DNA of 64,000 bases from assembly GCA_964490285.1 (NCBI GenBank), contig CAZBCN010000006.1, forward strand, positions 13,720 to 77,719, in the 5' to 3' direction. A program made the translations under genes and the position numbers. This document shows, piece by piece, positions 46,187 to 56,451 of this stretch. Numbering within the stretch: the first letter of the stretch is position 1; the number at the start of each line of letters is the position of its first letter. Origin of the DNA: an uncultured Gemmatimonas sp. (GTDB lineage Bacteria; Gemmatimonadota; Gemmatimonadetes; Longimicrobiales; Gaopeijiaceae). The notes beneath the pieces were generated by a model. It ran no database searches and was not told the origin of the DNA. It saw nothing but the letters and a program-made list of their open reading frames with translations.

Positions 46187-47518
46187 TCAGCCGGGCTTTC
46201 CGAGCGCGGCACGCACCGCCCGGCGATCCACCTTCCCGTTCGGGTTCCGGGGAAGGCCGCCCCCGACCTGGTAACTTCGCGGCAGCTTGGCCGCGCTCAG
46301 GCGGGTCCGCAGATACGCGTCGAGCTCGTCGACATCGAGTCGGTCGCCGACCGGCTCGATCCAGGCGGCGACCCTCTCTCCCCACTCGGCGTCGGCCACG
46401 CCCACCGCACAGGCGTCGGCCACCGCCGGGTGCGACCGGAGCGCCTCCTCGACCTCGACCGCATCGATGGTCACACCCCCGCTGACGATCCGATCGATGC
46501 GGCGGCCCGTCACCCAGAGGTCGCCATCCGCGTCCAGCCGGCCGAGGTCTCCCGTGTGGTGCCATCCGTCCGCATCGACGAGCGAGTCGACGTCCTCACC
46601 TACGTACCCGGAGGCCAGCGTCGTCCCGCGTACGAGGATCTCCTCGTCGATGCCTATGCACAGGTCGACTCCATGCAGCGGACGGCCCACGGTCCCGGGC
46701 TTGCGTCGCGTTGCCTCGGGCGGCGATGTCGCCACCTGAGAGGTCGCCTCCGTCAGCCCGTACGTGAGCGCGATCGGCCAGCCCGCGGCCAACGCTCTCG
46801 CGAGTAAGCCACTCGGCGTCTCCGCCCCTCCCACCAACGCGCAACGGAACGACCCCGGTGGGGGTGCGCCCGCCGACACGTCGAGGAGCCGGAGGAGTTG
46901 CGTCGGCACGACCGAAACGTGGGTCACCGGTGTCCGCACGCCGCTCGGCAGTCCCCGGCCCGTGAGAAGCCCCCAAGCCAGCGCGGCATCGAACGGACCG
47001 ACAGCCACGAGCGCGCCGCCGAGCAGGATCGACCGCGTGACGAGAGCGAGCCCCCCGACATGCGCGGGCGAGAGGGACGCCAGCCAGACGTCGCCGGCGC
47101 CGAGCGACAGGCGCTCGGCCGCCCCGCCGGCGCTCGCCCGGAGCGCGTCGAAGCCGATCGCGACACCCCGCGGTCTGCCCGCGGTGCCCGAGGTCCAGAG
47201 GATCGCCTGCGCTCCTGGGGGGGCGCGCTTCAGACCCGCCCGGGCCGCCTCCTGCTCGGGCGGAGACAGCCTGGGGCTGAGCGGCGCGGGCGTCGCGCCG
47301 ATTCTCCAGAGCGCGAGCAGCTCGACCACGCCCGCGACATCCGGGTGGAGCACGCAGGGCACGGTCTCATCCTTTCGGTGGCCGCTCGCCCGCAAGGTGC
47401 TGGCGCGCTCGTCCACGGCACGGTCGAGCTCGCGGTACGTCCACGTCCTGTCGAGCTCGATCAGCGCGAGCGCCTCGTCGTTCGCTCGCGTGGCGCCCAG
47501 GAGGTCGACGACGGTCAT
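46187..47518 (-). CDS. menE: o-succinylbenzoate--CoA ligase (AMP-dependent synthetase)
   Basis: WTSGTAGRPRGV AMP motif and the GWHHTGDLG motif. Position in the men operon, with an ATGA overlap with menA. Confidence 0.75.
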   Translation of the reverse strand: MTVVDLLGATRANDEALALIELDRTWTYRELDRAVDERASTLRASGHRKDETVPCVLHPDVAGVVELLALWRIGATPAPLSPRLSPPEQEAARAGLKRAPPGAQAILWTSGTAGRPRGVAIGFDALRASAGGAAERLSLGAGDVWLASLSPAHVGGLALVTRSILLGGALVAVGPFDAALAWGLLTGRGLPSGVRTPVTHVSVVPTQLLRLLDVSAGAPPPGSFRCALVGGAETPSGLLARALAAGWPIALTYGLTEATSQVATSPPEATRRKPGTVGRPLHGVDLCIGIDEEILVRGTTLASGYVGEDVDSLVDADGWHHTGDLGRLDADGDLWVTGRRIDRIVSGGVTIDAVEVEEALRSHPAVADACAVGVADAEWGERVAAWIEPVGDRLDVDELDAYLRTRLSAAKLPRSYQVGGGLPRNPNGKVDRRAVRAALGKPG

Positions 47519-48402
47519 CCCACCGCCAGCCCTAGGGCGAACAAAGTCCCGTAGACGGCGACCACCCGCGCGGTGGCGCCGAGCGCAGGGATCAGCGAGT
47601 GCGGTTCCGTCGCGGTCATGACGGCGCGCGCCGGCGCCCAGCAGAGCGGCGCCGCGAGCAGGGCGCCCAGTGCGGGATATGGCCAGCCCAACGTCGCGAC
47701 CCCGACCGGCGGCACGGCCATCGCGGTCGCCAGCAGGACCAGGTACTCGACCCTGGTGCCCGTCCGTCCGAGCCGGACGGCGAGCGTGCGCTTCCCTGCC
47801 GCCGCGTCCGTGTCGATGTCACGGAGGTTGTTCGCCACGAGGATCGCCGTGCTGAGAGCGCCGAGGCCGACGCCCGCCAGCACGGCGCCGGGCGGCCACG
47901 CGAGCGCCTGCACCCAATACGTGCCGCCGACGGCCACCAGGCCGAAGAAGACGAAGACGAACAGGTCTCCCAGCCCGTGGTACGCGAGCGGGTAGGGGCC
48001 GCCCGTGTAGAGGACGGCGCACGCGAGCGAAGCGAGGCCGATCCACACGATTGGCCAGCCACCGACGGCCACCAGATACACGCCCGGGAGGAAGGCCAGG
48101 AGGAGCACGGCGACCATGGCGCGCCGAACGGCGTCGGGTGCGATCAGACCCGCTTGGGTCACGCGCACGGGCCCGACGCGGTCGACGGTATCGCCGCCGC
48201 GCACGAAGTCGTAGTAGTCGTTCGCGAGGTTCGTGGCGACTTGGATCAGGATCGCCCCGACGAGGGCCGCGACTGCAGGCAACACGGCGAGCCGACCGTC
48301 ATGGCTCGCCAACCCGGTGCCCACCAGGACCGGCGCGACCGCGGCGGTGAGGGTCTTCGGCCGCGCCGCCAGGATCCAGGCTTGGACGGTGCCTATCGCC
48401 AC
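47515..48402 (-). CDS. menA: 1,4-dihydroxy-2-naphthoate polyprenyltransferase
   Basis: GTG 48402 (VAIGTVQAWILAARPKTL). UbiA motifs NLANDYYDFVRG and NNLRDIDTD. Confidence 0.85.
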   Translation of the reverse strand: MAIGTVQAWILAARPKTLTAAVAPVLVGTGLASHDGRLAVLPAVAALVGAILIQVATNLANDYYDFVRGGDTVDRVGPVRVTQAGLIAPDAVRRAMVAVLLLAFLPGVYLVAVGGWPIVWIGLASLACAVLYTGGPYPLAYHGLGDLFVFVFFGLVAVGGTYWVQALAWPPGAVLAGVGLGALSTAILVANNLRDIDTDAAAGKRTLAVRLGRTGTRVEYLVLLATAMAVPPVGVATLGWPYPALGALLAAPLCWAPARAVMTATEPHSLIPALGATARVVAVYGTLFALGLAVG

Positions 48403-49058
48403 TCTTGGACGATGCGCGTCGTCACGATCGAATCCAGCTGTGGGTAGCGCCGACGCAGGTACTCGTTCCCGAGCTGGGCGATCGAGTCCTGCTGCGGCGG
48501 GTCGTCCGTATAGCCCGGATAGAACCCGTCGATCACGTCCAGGCCGCGAACGACCCGCCCGATCGGCGGATAACCCACGACGCCGCCCGCGGGGATCTCG
48601 TCCAGCCTCTCGTTGTCCACGAGGTTGACGAAGAGCGTGTACGAGCGGGTCTCCGGCCCCGCCCGCGCGTAGCTCACCATGCCTCGGACGTTGCTCTCCA
48701 CGACGGGCTCGTCGGCGATCGGACGCTCCTCCCAGATCGAGTCGAGCACGGGGTCCCCTGAGAAGCCCCACTGGGCGACGAACCCGCTCACGACCCGGTA
48801 GAAGCGGGCCCCCGCGTAGAAGTCGTTGCTCAGCAAGTGGTACATCCGATCCACGCCGAGCGGAGACCAGGAGCGATGCAGGGCGACGTCGAACGTGCCC
48901 TCGCTCGTGACGACCTCCGCCACGAACGAGTCCGGAGCGGCGACGGCGAGTGCCTCGGGGGTCGGCTGCCAGAGCGCGGCGTTCGGCCCACATGCCGCGA
49001 CCGGCAGCGCCGCGACGCTCACGGTCACGAGCGCCCACGAGCGGAGGAGGGGCCTCAT
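48393..49058 (-). CDS. exported cyclophilin-type peptidyl-prolyl isomerase
   Basis: Signal peptide/lipobox MRPLLRSWALVTVSVAALPVAAC. Cyclophilin motifs FYRVVSGFVAQWG and MVSYARAG. Confidence 0.85.
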   Translation of the reverse strand: MRPLLRSWALVTVSVAALPVAACGPNAALWQPTPEALAVAAPDSFVAEVVTSEGTFDVALHRSWSPLGVDRMYHLLSNDFYAGARFYRVVSGFVAQWGFSGDPVLDSIWEERPIADEPVVESNVRGMVSYARAGPETRSYTLFVNLVDNERLDEIPAGGVVGYPPIGRVVRGLDVIDGFYPGYTDDPPQQDSIAQLGNEYLRRRYPQLDSIVTTRIVQEWR

Positions 49059-49068
49059 GCGCCGCGCC

Positions 49069-49908
49069 TCACCACGGGAGCCATGGATACTTCCGGAAGT
49101 CGGGCTTTCTCTTCTCGACATAGGCGTTCCTCCCCTCCTGTCCCTGCTCCGTCATGTAGAACAGGAGCGTCGCGTTCCCCGCGAGCTCCTGGAGTCCCGC
49201 CTGCCCGTCCAGGTCGGCGTTGAATGCACTCTTGAGGAGCCGGATCGCGAGCGGACTCTTGGCGAGGATCTCCTGTGCCCACTCCCACCCCTCGGCCTCG
49301 AGACGTTCGAGCTGCACGACCTTGTTCACCAGGCCCATCTCGTACGCCTCCGCCGCCGAATACTGCCGGCAGAGGTACCAGATCTCGCGAGCGCGCTTCT
49401 GCCCCACGCACCGCGCCAGGTAGGACGACCCGAAGCCCCCGTCGAACGAGCCGACGATGGGTCCGGTCTGGCCGAACACCGCGTTCTCCGCCGCGATGGT
49501 CAGGTCGCAGACTACGTGGAGCACGTGTCCGCCGCCGATCGCGTACCCCGCGACCAGGGCGATCACCGGCTTCGGCATGGAGCGCATGTAGCGCTGCAGC
49601 TCGAGCACGTTGAGCCGCGGAACGCCGCTGGCGCCGACGTAGCCGGAGTCGCCGCGGACCTTCTGGTCGCCGCCCGAGCAGAACGCCCACTTACCGTCCT
49701 TGGAGGGGCCGTTCCCGGTGAGAAGTACGACGCCCACCTCCGTGTCCTCACCGGCGTTGCGGAACGCCTCGCTCATCTCGAGCAGGGTATCCGGACGAAA
49801 CGCGTTCCTGACCTCGGGGCGATTGAACGCGATCCGCGCCACGCCATCGCACTTGTGGTAGGTGATGTCCTGATATCGCTTCACTTCCTTCCAGTCTGGC
49901 TTCTTCAT
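49069..49908 (-). CDS. menB: 1,4-dihydroxy-2-naphthoyl-CoA synthase
   Basis: [25 protein letters not shown]...[11 protein letters not shown]...[11 protein letters not shown]... Confidence 0.92.
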   Translation of the reverse strand: MKKPDWKEVKRYQDITYHKCDGVARIAFNRPEVRNAFRPDTLLEMSEAFRNAGEDTEVGVVLLTGNGPSKDGKWAFCSGGDQKVRGDSGYVGASGVPRLNVLELQRYMRSMPKPVIALVAGYAIGGGHVLHVVCDLTIAAENAVFGQTGPIVGSFDGGFGSSYLARCVGQKRAREIWYLCRQYSAAEAYEMGLVNKVVQLERLEAEGWEWAQEILAKSPLAIRLLKSAFNADLDGQAGLQELAGNATLLFYMTEQGQEGRNAYVEKRKPDFRKYPWLPW

Positions 49909-51701
49909 TGCGGAGCGGTCTCCATGGAAACTGTCTCGCTTTCTCGGTCGAGGGCGCCTCGCACGCTGAGCGCAACCGCCTCTGCCAGCTCCAGGCGACG
50001 TCGATGGCTCGCCGCGCGCTCGGTGCGGACCCGCAGGATCTTCGTCCCTCCCGCAGCGATCGCTTTCTCCAGCGCCTCGCCGAGGTCGCCGAGTTCGGTG
50101 TCCTCGAGCTCGAGGCCGTGCAGCGCAGCCGCGTGACGGAAGTCGAGTCCGTGCGGCGTGGCGAAGTACCTCGTGAACTGCGTCTCGTGCTCGGCCACGG
50201 GCAACGCGTGGAAGATGCCGCCGCCGTCGTTGTCCACGAGCACGAAGGTCACCGCCGCATCTGGTTCGCGACTCCAGAGCAAACCGTTCTGGTCGTGGAA
50301 GAAGGCCACGTCACCCGTCACGCAGACCGTGCGACCCCGCCCCTGCGACGCGATGCCGAATGCCGTGGACACGATTCCGTCGATGCCGCTCGCACCCCGG
50401 TTGCCGAGCACCTCGAGCCCCTCCTCTCGAGGCAGGGCCAGGGCGTCGAGGTCCCGGACGGGCATCGAGTTGGACACGAAGAGCGTGCTTCCCTCGGTCA
50501 ATGACGAGAGCACTGCACCCCAGATATCTCCCTCCAGGAGCGTCCCCCGCATGGGCGAGAGGGCTTCCAGCGCGGCGGACTCCACCCTCCGCCAGAGGTC
50601 TTCCCACTCGGGTGCCACCGTACGGGTCGCGCGCGCGGCCAACGCCCGCAGTGTGTCCGCCGGGTCGGCCTGAACGTATCGCGTCGCGGTGGCCAGGTGA
50701 TCTTTCCACCTGCCGCCGGCGTCGATGACCACCTGCGACACGCCGTTGTGGTGCAGCAACCACGAGAGCAGTGCACCGGACGTCGGCGACGCACCTATCC
50801 GCAGAACCACGCTCGGGCTCAGTCGCTCGATCGTGAGAGCGTCGCGCAGGAACAGGTCGTACGCCGCGACGCAGTATGCCCCGCCCGCTGGACCGAAGCG
50901 CGCACCCGAGAGAGGATCCGCCAGCACGGGGAAGCCCGTGCTCGCCGCGAGCTCCCGGACCGCGGGCCCGACCCTCGCCGGATCGGCGCTCGGCCCGACG
51001 ACGATCACGCCCCTCGGGCTCGCGATCTCCTCGCGCAGGGCCTCGAGCTCCGGGACGGACGGCTGGGCGCGCGCACACGTGACGGCCACGAACGGCTCGC
51101 CGTCGGGTCGCCCCCGCGCGGCCAGGGGATGCGCGGCGGAGAACGCCTGTGGAACCTCGATGGGTTCGAGGGGCTTGTCGAACGGGATGTTCACGTGCAC
51201 GGGTCCGGCGGGTCGTCCCACGGCTGCGGCGACCGCCCGACCGGCCAGTCCGCGGAAATGGCGAAGCGCGGGGCCCTCGAGCGCGGGCTCGGGTGACTCG
51301 AAGAACTCTCTCACGTAGCCGCCGAACATCCGCACCTGATCGATGGTCTGGTTCGCGTCGGCACCCCTCAGCCGCGGCGGTCGGTCAGCGGTCACCACGA
51401 TGAGCGGTACCTCGGCAGCCCACGCCTCGACGACTGCGGGATAGACGTTGGCGACGGCCGTCCCCGAAGTCGTGAGAACAACCGCCGGCGTCCCGCTCGC
51501 CTTTCCCACACCGAGGGCGAAGAACGCCGCCGACCGCTCGTCGAGGTGGACCCTCGGCCGAAATCTGCCGTCGGCCGCGAATGCCATGACGAGAGGCGTC
51601 GATCGCGACCCGGGTGCGAGCGCGACTTCCCTGACGCCCGCGCGCGCGAGCTCGTCGACGAACGCTCGGGCCCAGGCGGTGTTCGCGGCCGCGTCGCTCA
51701 T
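49905..51701 (-). CDS. menD: 2-succinyl-5-enolpyruvyl-6-hydroxy-3-cyclohexene-1-carboxylate synthase
   Basis: ATG 51701 ([37 protein letters not shown]). ThDP motif GDVAFFHD...NNDGGGIF. ATGA overlaps at both ends. Confidence 0.9.
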   Translation of the reverse strand: MSDAAANTAWARAFVDELARAGVREVALAPGSRSTPLVMAFAADGRFRPRVHLDERSAAFFALGVGKASGTPAVVLTTSGTAVANVYPAVVEAWAAEVPLIVVTADRPPRLRGADANQTIDQVRMFGGYVREFFESPEPALEGPALRHFRGLAGRAVAAAVGRPAGPVHVNIPFDKPLEPIEVPQAFSAAHPLAARGRPDGEPFVAVTCARAQPSVPELEALREEIASPRGVIVVGPSADPARVGPAVRELAASTGFPVLADPLSGARFGPAGGAYCVAAYDLFLRDALTIERLSPSVVLRIGASPTSGALLSWLLHHNGVSQVVIDAGGRWKDHLATATRYVQADPADTLRALAARATRTVAPEWEDLWRRVESAALEALSPMRGTLLEGDIWGAVLSSLTEGSTLFVSNSMPVRDLDALALPREEGLEVLGNRGASGIDGIVSTAFGIASQGRGRTVCVTGDVAFFHDQNGLLWSREPDAAVTFVLVDNDGGGIFHALPVAEHETQFTRYFATPHGLDFRHAAALHGLELEDTELGDLGEALEKAIAAGGTKILRVRTERAASHRRRLELAEAVALSVRGALDRESETVSMETAPQ

Positions 51702-53077
51702 ACGCTCGTGCGCGGAGATGCCGCGCGCCGCACGCTCACATCGCCCGCGAGCGCGAGCTGAGCGCCGCTCGCCGCCAGGGCCTCGAGCATGGGCTCGAAC
51801 TTGATTGCAGTCTCTTCCCACTCCGAAGCCGGCACCGAGCCCTCCACGATCCCCGCGCCTGCGAAGAGGCGCCAGCCGGACCCCGTCGAGACGCCCATGC
51901 GGAGAGAAGGCACGAAGATGCCGTTCCCGTCGGCGTCGAAGAGGCCCACGGGTCCCGCGTACCATCCGCGCTCGAAGGGTTCCTCTTCCGCGAGGAACGC
52001 CATCGCCGCGTCCCGTGGCAGCCCACACACCGCGGGCGTGGGGTGCAGGAGCCTCAGCAGATCGAGGATTCCGATCTCGGACGGCACGCTCGCCCGGATC
52101 TCCGTCTCGAGATGCTGGATGCGATCGAGCGTCAAGACGTGCGGTTGTGGATCCGTGCGGATCTGGTGTGCCACGGTCCCGAGCCTCGCAACCATGTCAT
52201 CCAGCGCGATGCGCTGCTCCACTCGGTCCTTTTCGCTGGCGAGCAAACGAGCCGCCAATTCCGCCTGCTCGCGCGGCGTGTCGCCCCGCCGGATCGAGCC
52301 CGCCACGGCGGTCGCATGGAATACGCCGTCGCGGAGCGTCGCCACCGTCTCCGGCGCGGCCCCCACGAGCGTCGAGCCGCGCGTCGGCTCGAACAGGAAG
52401 ACGTAACTCCCCCGGTTGACCCTCCAGAGATGGGCCACGACGTCGACCGGGTCGACCGACTCCTCGAGCTCGACGTCCAACGTCCGGGCGAGCACAGCTT
52501 TGGAGATGAGGCCACGGCGGATTGCCTCGAGCGACTCTCGAACCGTTTCCTCCCACCGGGCGCGATCGGTGGCCGCCCCGCTACCGCGAACCGCGGCGCG
52601 CGCGCGCGACGCGCCCTCGCCGGCGGCGGTGAGCTCGGCCCTGAGTGCTTCGGCACGCCGACGCAGGCGCCCGAACACATCCTGACCCGATCGTGCATCG
52701 ACCATCGCCCGCACGCGAAGCCAGGCGTCCCCCTCGCCCTCGCCCTCGAGCTCGAAGACCGGGACTTGGAAGAGCCAAGCCGGGAAATCGACCCATACCC
52801 CCTCGGCCACGTGATCCGGACGAAAGGAGAAGCCTCCGTAGAAGCGCAGCCGGGGCGCCCGCGTCGTGCCCTCGGGCACGAACGGGTCCGTCGCGAGCTC
52901 GCGCGCTGCCGACGCGACCTCCTCGAAGCGGTCCCCCGCCGAATCGACGCAGCGCAGCTCGGCCGCGACGCCACGGTGGGCGATCCATCGGTCGCCCCTC
53001 GCCCAGAAGCCCCGTTCCTCACCTTCGGCGTGGCGCAGGAACGCCTCGGGCCGGAGGTCGGGCGCAGGTATGGTCAC
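51698..53077 (-). CDS. menF: isochorismate synthase
   Basis: Chorismate-binding motifs HPTPAVCGLP and GWYAGPVG. The start is uncertain: GTG 53077 chosen, and the ORF-track extension to 53464 was judged non-coding. Confidence 0.8.
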   Translation of the reverse strand: MTIPAPDLRPEAFLRHAEGEERGFWARGDRWIAHRGVAAELRCVDSAGDRFEEVASAARELATDPFVPEGTTRAPRLRFYGGFSFRPDHVAEGVWVDFPAWLFQVPVFELEGEGEGDAWLRVRAMVDARSGQDVFGRLRRRAEALRAELTAAGEGASRARAAVRGSGAATDRARWEETVRESLEAIRRGLISKAVLARTLDVELEESVDPVDVVAHLWRVNRGSYVFLFEPTRGSTLVGAAPETVATLRDGVFHATAVAGSIRRGDTPREQAELAARLLASEKDRVEQRIALDDMVARLGTVAHQIRTDPQPHVLTLDRIQHLETEIRASVPSEIGILDLLRLLHPTPAVCGLPRDAAMAFLAEEEPFERGWYAGPVGLFDADGNGIFVPSLRMGVSTGSGWRLFAGAGIVEGSVPASEWEETAIKFEPMLEALAASGAQLALAGDVSVRRAASPRTSV

Positions 53078-53225
53078 CGTCGCGAGACGGGCCCTTCCGG
53101 GGTCTCGACTCAGGGGGGGCTCCTTCAGGCAGGGGGCGGCGCAGGCCCGCCAATATAGGGGGGCGCGGGCGTTCCTGAAGGTCAGGAAGCCGGTTTCTTG
53201 GCCGTGTGCATCACCCTGGGTCAGC

Positions 53226-53636
53226 ATGGTGCTGGAACGCACCACCATCTCACTGCCGGACGACCTGATTCGGCGTTTGCGCTCGATCGCGGCCGAGGAG
53301 GGTACGTCGGTGTGGGCATTGGCGCCGCGGGCCACAGGGACACGGCCCGTCGGGCCGGGCAGGAGCGAACGGAGCCACACCCGTGGCCGGGAGGCTGATC
53401 GAGACGGCGAGCCGTGGTCTCGGCGATCCTGCTTCACCTCGAGCTCCTCCACCGGCCCCCCCACTCTCGCCCGCGCGCGGGCCGCCCAGATCGAGCTGCT
53501 CGCAGACGAACTCTCCTCAGACCCGTCGGACTCGCGCGACCCCTCCGAGCCCGAGCGCCTCCCGGTTTCGAGCTCGATCAGTCCGTGCCCGCCGAGGTGT
53601 GGGGCCCCCTTGCTGAGGGCGATCGCCGTCGACTAG
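53226..53636 (+). CDS. possible ribbon-helix-helix (CopG-like) protein with a low-complexity tail; may be degenerate
   Basis: N-terminus MVLERTTISLPDDLIRRLRSIAAEEGTS is a textbook RHH strand plus helix 1. The rest (VWALAPRATGT...) does not look like helix 2. GC3 cannot discriminate, because the antisense ORF shares the third codon position. Confidence 0.35.
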   Translation: MVLERTTISLPDDLIRRLRSIAAEEGTSVWALAPRATGTRPVGPGRSERSHTRGREADRDGEPWSRRSCFTSSSSTGPPTLARARAAQIELLADELSSDPSDSRDPSEPERLPVSSSISPCPPRCGAPLLRAIAVD

Positions 53637-53738
53637 AGTGGGAAATGCGCCCCCCTGACCGTGCTCCTGGTCTCCGAGACCGGGGTACGAAGGGCACCCT
53701 CCGGCGCTGACTGGCAACCCCCCACCAGGAGGCCCCCC

Positions 53739-56306
53739 ATGCGTCGGCACTTCAGCCGAAGCTCTCGGCTCGTCGTACCCGGCTCACTCGCGCTCCTGCT
53801 CCTCGGTTCGTGCACCGACGAGCAGGCACTTCCCACTGGCTCGGACCTCGTCGCGCCCCAGCTCGCCATCACGGGCGGCAACGGAACCCCGGGCGGGCTG
53901 GACGCCGCCACCGTGCGCGAGACCGGCCAGGTCTCGCTCTCCGTGGACGGGCTCGGGTTCCTCTCGGGGAACGTGGGGCTCATCCAGGTCCAGAAGCCGG
54001 CCGGCGCCACGGTCCGGAAGGCCTACCTGGCCACGTCGAACGCCTTCAACACCCTGGCGCGCAACATGCCGCCCGGGGACACCCATATCCTCCAGCCCAC
54101 GGGCGGCCCGACCGTCGCGACGTCCGTGGCCCACAGCGTGGTCGTGGTCAACCACATATCCTCACACAACGGCTGGGCCGACGTCACGCAGCACGTGAAG
54201 AGCCAGATCGACACCGCCCCCGCGGGTGTCGTCGACGTCAGGCTCTGGGAGACGTTCCCGGGCATTACCGAGGGCCAGATCCTCTCCGTCATCTTCGACG
54301 ATCCGTCCGTCACGACCGACAACACCATCTTGCTCTTCTTCGGGGCGATGCGAGAGAACGGCGTCGTGGACGCGCGGCTCAATGTTCAGTTCGACGATCC
54401 GATCGACCTCTCCGATCCGGCGCTCAGAATCGACATGTCGGTCGGGATCTCGCACAGCAATCAGGGCTTCGGCCTCGACGACGCCACGTACATCAGCGTG
54501 AACGGTGCGCGTATGACCTCGTGCGCCGGAGGGTACGACGACGGTGGGGCCGCCATCGGTGCGTTCATCACGGTCGGCGGCGTCGGCAACAGCATCGCGA
54601 ACCCCTCGGACCCGAACTGCCGCGCATCCTACGGGTCGTTCTACGACGACGAGCTCTACAACCTGGTGCCGTTCGTCCAACCGAGCGCGACGCAGATCCA
54701 GATCGAGCTGGGGCACGCGGAAGGGGTGCTGGACGACAACCTCTTCTTCGCGGCGTTTTCCATCGCGCAGACGCCCGCTCCCACCAACAACGCACCCACC
54801 GCGAACGCGGGTGGACCATACTCGGGGTTCGAGGGCTCACCGGTGACGTACACCGGAGCCGGCTCGTCCGACCCGGACGGCGACGCGCTCACGTACGCGT
54901 GGACCTTCGGCGACGGCGGTACGGCGACCGGTGCGGATCCGACCCACGTGTACGCCGACAACGGGGTCTACACCGTGGGGCTGACCGTCGCCGACCCCTC
55001 CTCCGCAACGGGCTCCGCGACGGCCACGGCTACGATCGCGAACGTCCGGCCGAGCCTTCCGTCCCTCGCCGGCCCGAACGCGCCGGTCGCGTCCGGAGCC
55101 GCCGTTACCGTGGGCGGAGCCTTCACCGATCCGGGCGTCCTCGACACCCACACGGTCAGCTACGACTGGGGAGACGGGACGGTGGAGCCGGGAGCCGTCA
55201 GCGAGACCAACGGTTCGGGAAGTGTGAGCGGCACGCACGTGTATGCGGCTCCCGGCACCTACGTCGTCACCGTCGTCGTGACGGACAAGGACGGGGATTC
55301 CGGATCCGCGACGTTGGAGATCGTCGTCGAGGACAGCAACGCGGCGCCGACGGCGAACGGCGGAGGCCCGTACGTCCGCCTCGAAGGGTCGATGGTGAGC
55401 TTCGACGGAACGGCCTCCGCCGACCCCGACGGGGATGCGCTCACCTACACATGGGACTTCGGCGACGGGGCGACGGGCGTGGGGGCGACGCCGAGCCACA
55501 CCTACCTCGACAATGGTGTCTACACGGTGACGCTCGTCGTCGAGGATCCGTCCGGGGCGACCGGGTCCGCTTCGACCACCGTGAGCGTCGCGAACGTGGC
55601 GCCGACCCTCGGCGGCCTCACCGGTCCGATCGATCCGACGCGGGTCGGGACCCCGGTCACGGTGGGCGGCAACTTCACGGATCCTGGCGTCATCGATACG
55701 CACTCGGTCGCGTTCGACTGGGGCGACGGGGCGACGAGCGTGGGCAGCGTCACCGGCGGCGGCGGTTCGGGCGGGGTCGGCGCCGGCCACGTGTACGCTG
55801 CGGCCGGGGTCTATACCGTGACCGTCACACTCACGGATGACGACGGGGGCGTGCACCAACTCGGTTACGAGTTCGTGGTCGTGTACGATCCGGACGCGGG
55901 CTTCGTGACCGGCGGCGGTTGGATCGACTCGCCCGCGGGTGCTTATCGGCCCGACACCGGGCTCACGGGCCGGGCCAACTTCGGTTTCGTGTCCCGCTAC
56001 AAGCAGGGCGCGTCGACTCCCAGCGGGAACACGGAATTCCAGTTCCGCGCCGGGGACCTGAACTTCAAGAGTTCGGCGTACGAGTTCCTCGTCATCACCC
56101 AGGGCGGAACCCGAGCGCAGTACAAGGGCGCCGGCACGATCAACGGCGCCGGGGCCTATCAGTTCATGATCTGGGCGACCGACGGATCGCCGGACACGTT
56201 CCGCATCAAGATCTGGAGCGAGTCCGGAGGGGTCGAGACAGTCGTCTACGACAACGGGTTCGATCAAGCGCTCGGAGGTGGCTCGATCGTCATCCACAGG
56301 AAGTAG
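53739..56306 (+). CDS. lipoprotein: unknown N-terminal domain of about 340 aa, four PKD domains, and a C-terminal beta-rich domain of about 140 aa
   Basis: AGGAGG SD. Lipobox LLLLGSC. PKD signatures GSSDPDGDALTYAWTFGDG, YDWGDG, ASADPDGDALTYTWDFGDG, FDWGDG. Confidence 0.8.
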   Translation: MRRHFSRSSRLVVPGSLALLLLGSCTDEQALPTGSDLVAPQLAITGGNGTPGGLDAATVRETGQVSLSVDGLGFLSGNVGLIQVQKPAGATVRKAYLATSNAFNTLARNMPPGDTHILQPTGGPTVATSVAHSVVVVNHISSHNGWADVTQHVKSQIDTAPAGVVDVRLWETFPGITEGQILSVIFDDPSVTTDNTILLFFGAMRENGVVDARLNVQFDDPIDLSDPALRIDMSVGISHSNQGFGLDDATYISVNGARMTSCAGGYDDGGAAIGAFITVGGVGNSIANPSDPNCRASYGSFYDDELYNLVPFVQPSATQIQIELGHAEGVLDDNLFFAAFSIAQTPAPTNNAPTANAGGPYSGFEGSPVTYTGAGSSDPDGDALTYAWTFGDGGTATGADPTHVYADNGVYTVGLTVADPSSATGSATATATIANVRPSLPSLAGPNAPVASGAAVTVGGAFTDPGVLDTHTVSYDWGDGTVEPGAVSETNGSGSVSGTHVYAAPGTYVVTVVVTDKDGDSGSATLEIVVEDSNAAPTANGGGPYVRLEGSMVSFDGTASADPDGDALTYTWDFGDGATGVGATPSHTYLDNGVYTVTLVVEDPSGATGSASTTVSVANVAPTLGGLTGPIDPTRVGTPVTVGGNFTDPGVIDTHSVAFDWGDGATSVGSVTGGGGSGGVGAGHVYAAAGVYTVTVTLTDDDGGVHQLGYEFVVVYDPDAGFVTGGGWIDSPAGAYRPDTGLTGRANFGFVSRYKQGASTPSGNTEFQFRAGDLNFKSSAYEFLVITQGGTRAQYKGAGTINGAGAYQFMIWATDGSPDTFRIKIWSESGGVETVVYDNGFDQALGGGSIVIHRK
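54783..55890 (+). repeat. four tandem PKD modules arranged as a duplicated two-module unit (A-B-A'-B')
   Basis: Modules 1 and 3 share APTANxGGPY...DPDGDALTYxWxFGDG...NGVYTV. Modules 2 and 4 share VTVGGxFTDPGVxDTHxVxxDWGDG. Confidence 0.7.
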
Positions 56307-56451
56307 CGGCTGAACCGAGTCGGGGGGGGGACGCGGCGTCGCGTTCCCCCTCCCAACGGCTCTTGGGGGGATGGCACCAATCGGTTCTGCCTTGATTCGA
56401 GGGGAGAGTGGCGCGTTCGTAACGCTGTGCCCTCCTTGCCCCTCCTTCCAT

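Noticed and set aside
51698-53464. ORF-track extension of menF to 588 aa (start at 53464).
   Set aside because: The first 129 codons or so (MGGPVEELEVKQDRRDHGSPSRS...) look non-protein-like and overlap the RHH-type start on the other strand. Isochorismate synthase homology begins near VTIPAPDLRPEAF. The exact start remains uncertain.
53810-56297. 676-aa plus-strand off-frame ORF (53810..55840) and 486-aa minus-strand ORF (54837..56297) within the PKD gene.
   Set aside because: The annotated frame carries four clean PKD signatures and a lipobox. The alternative frames are Arg/Gly-rich with no motifs.
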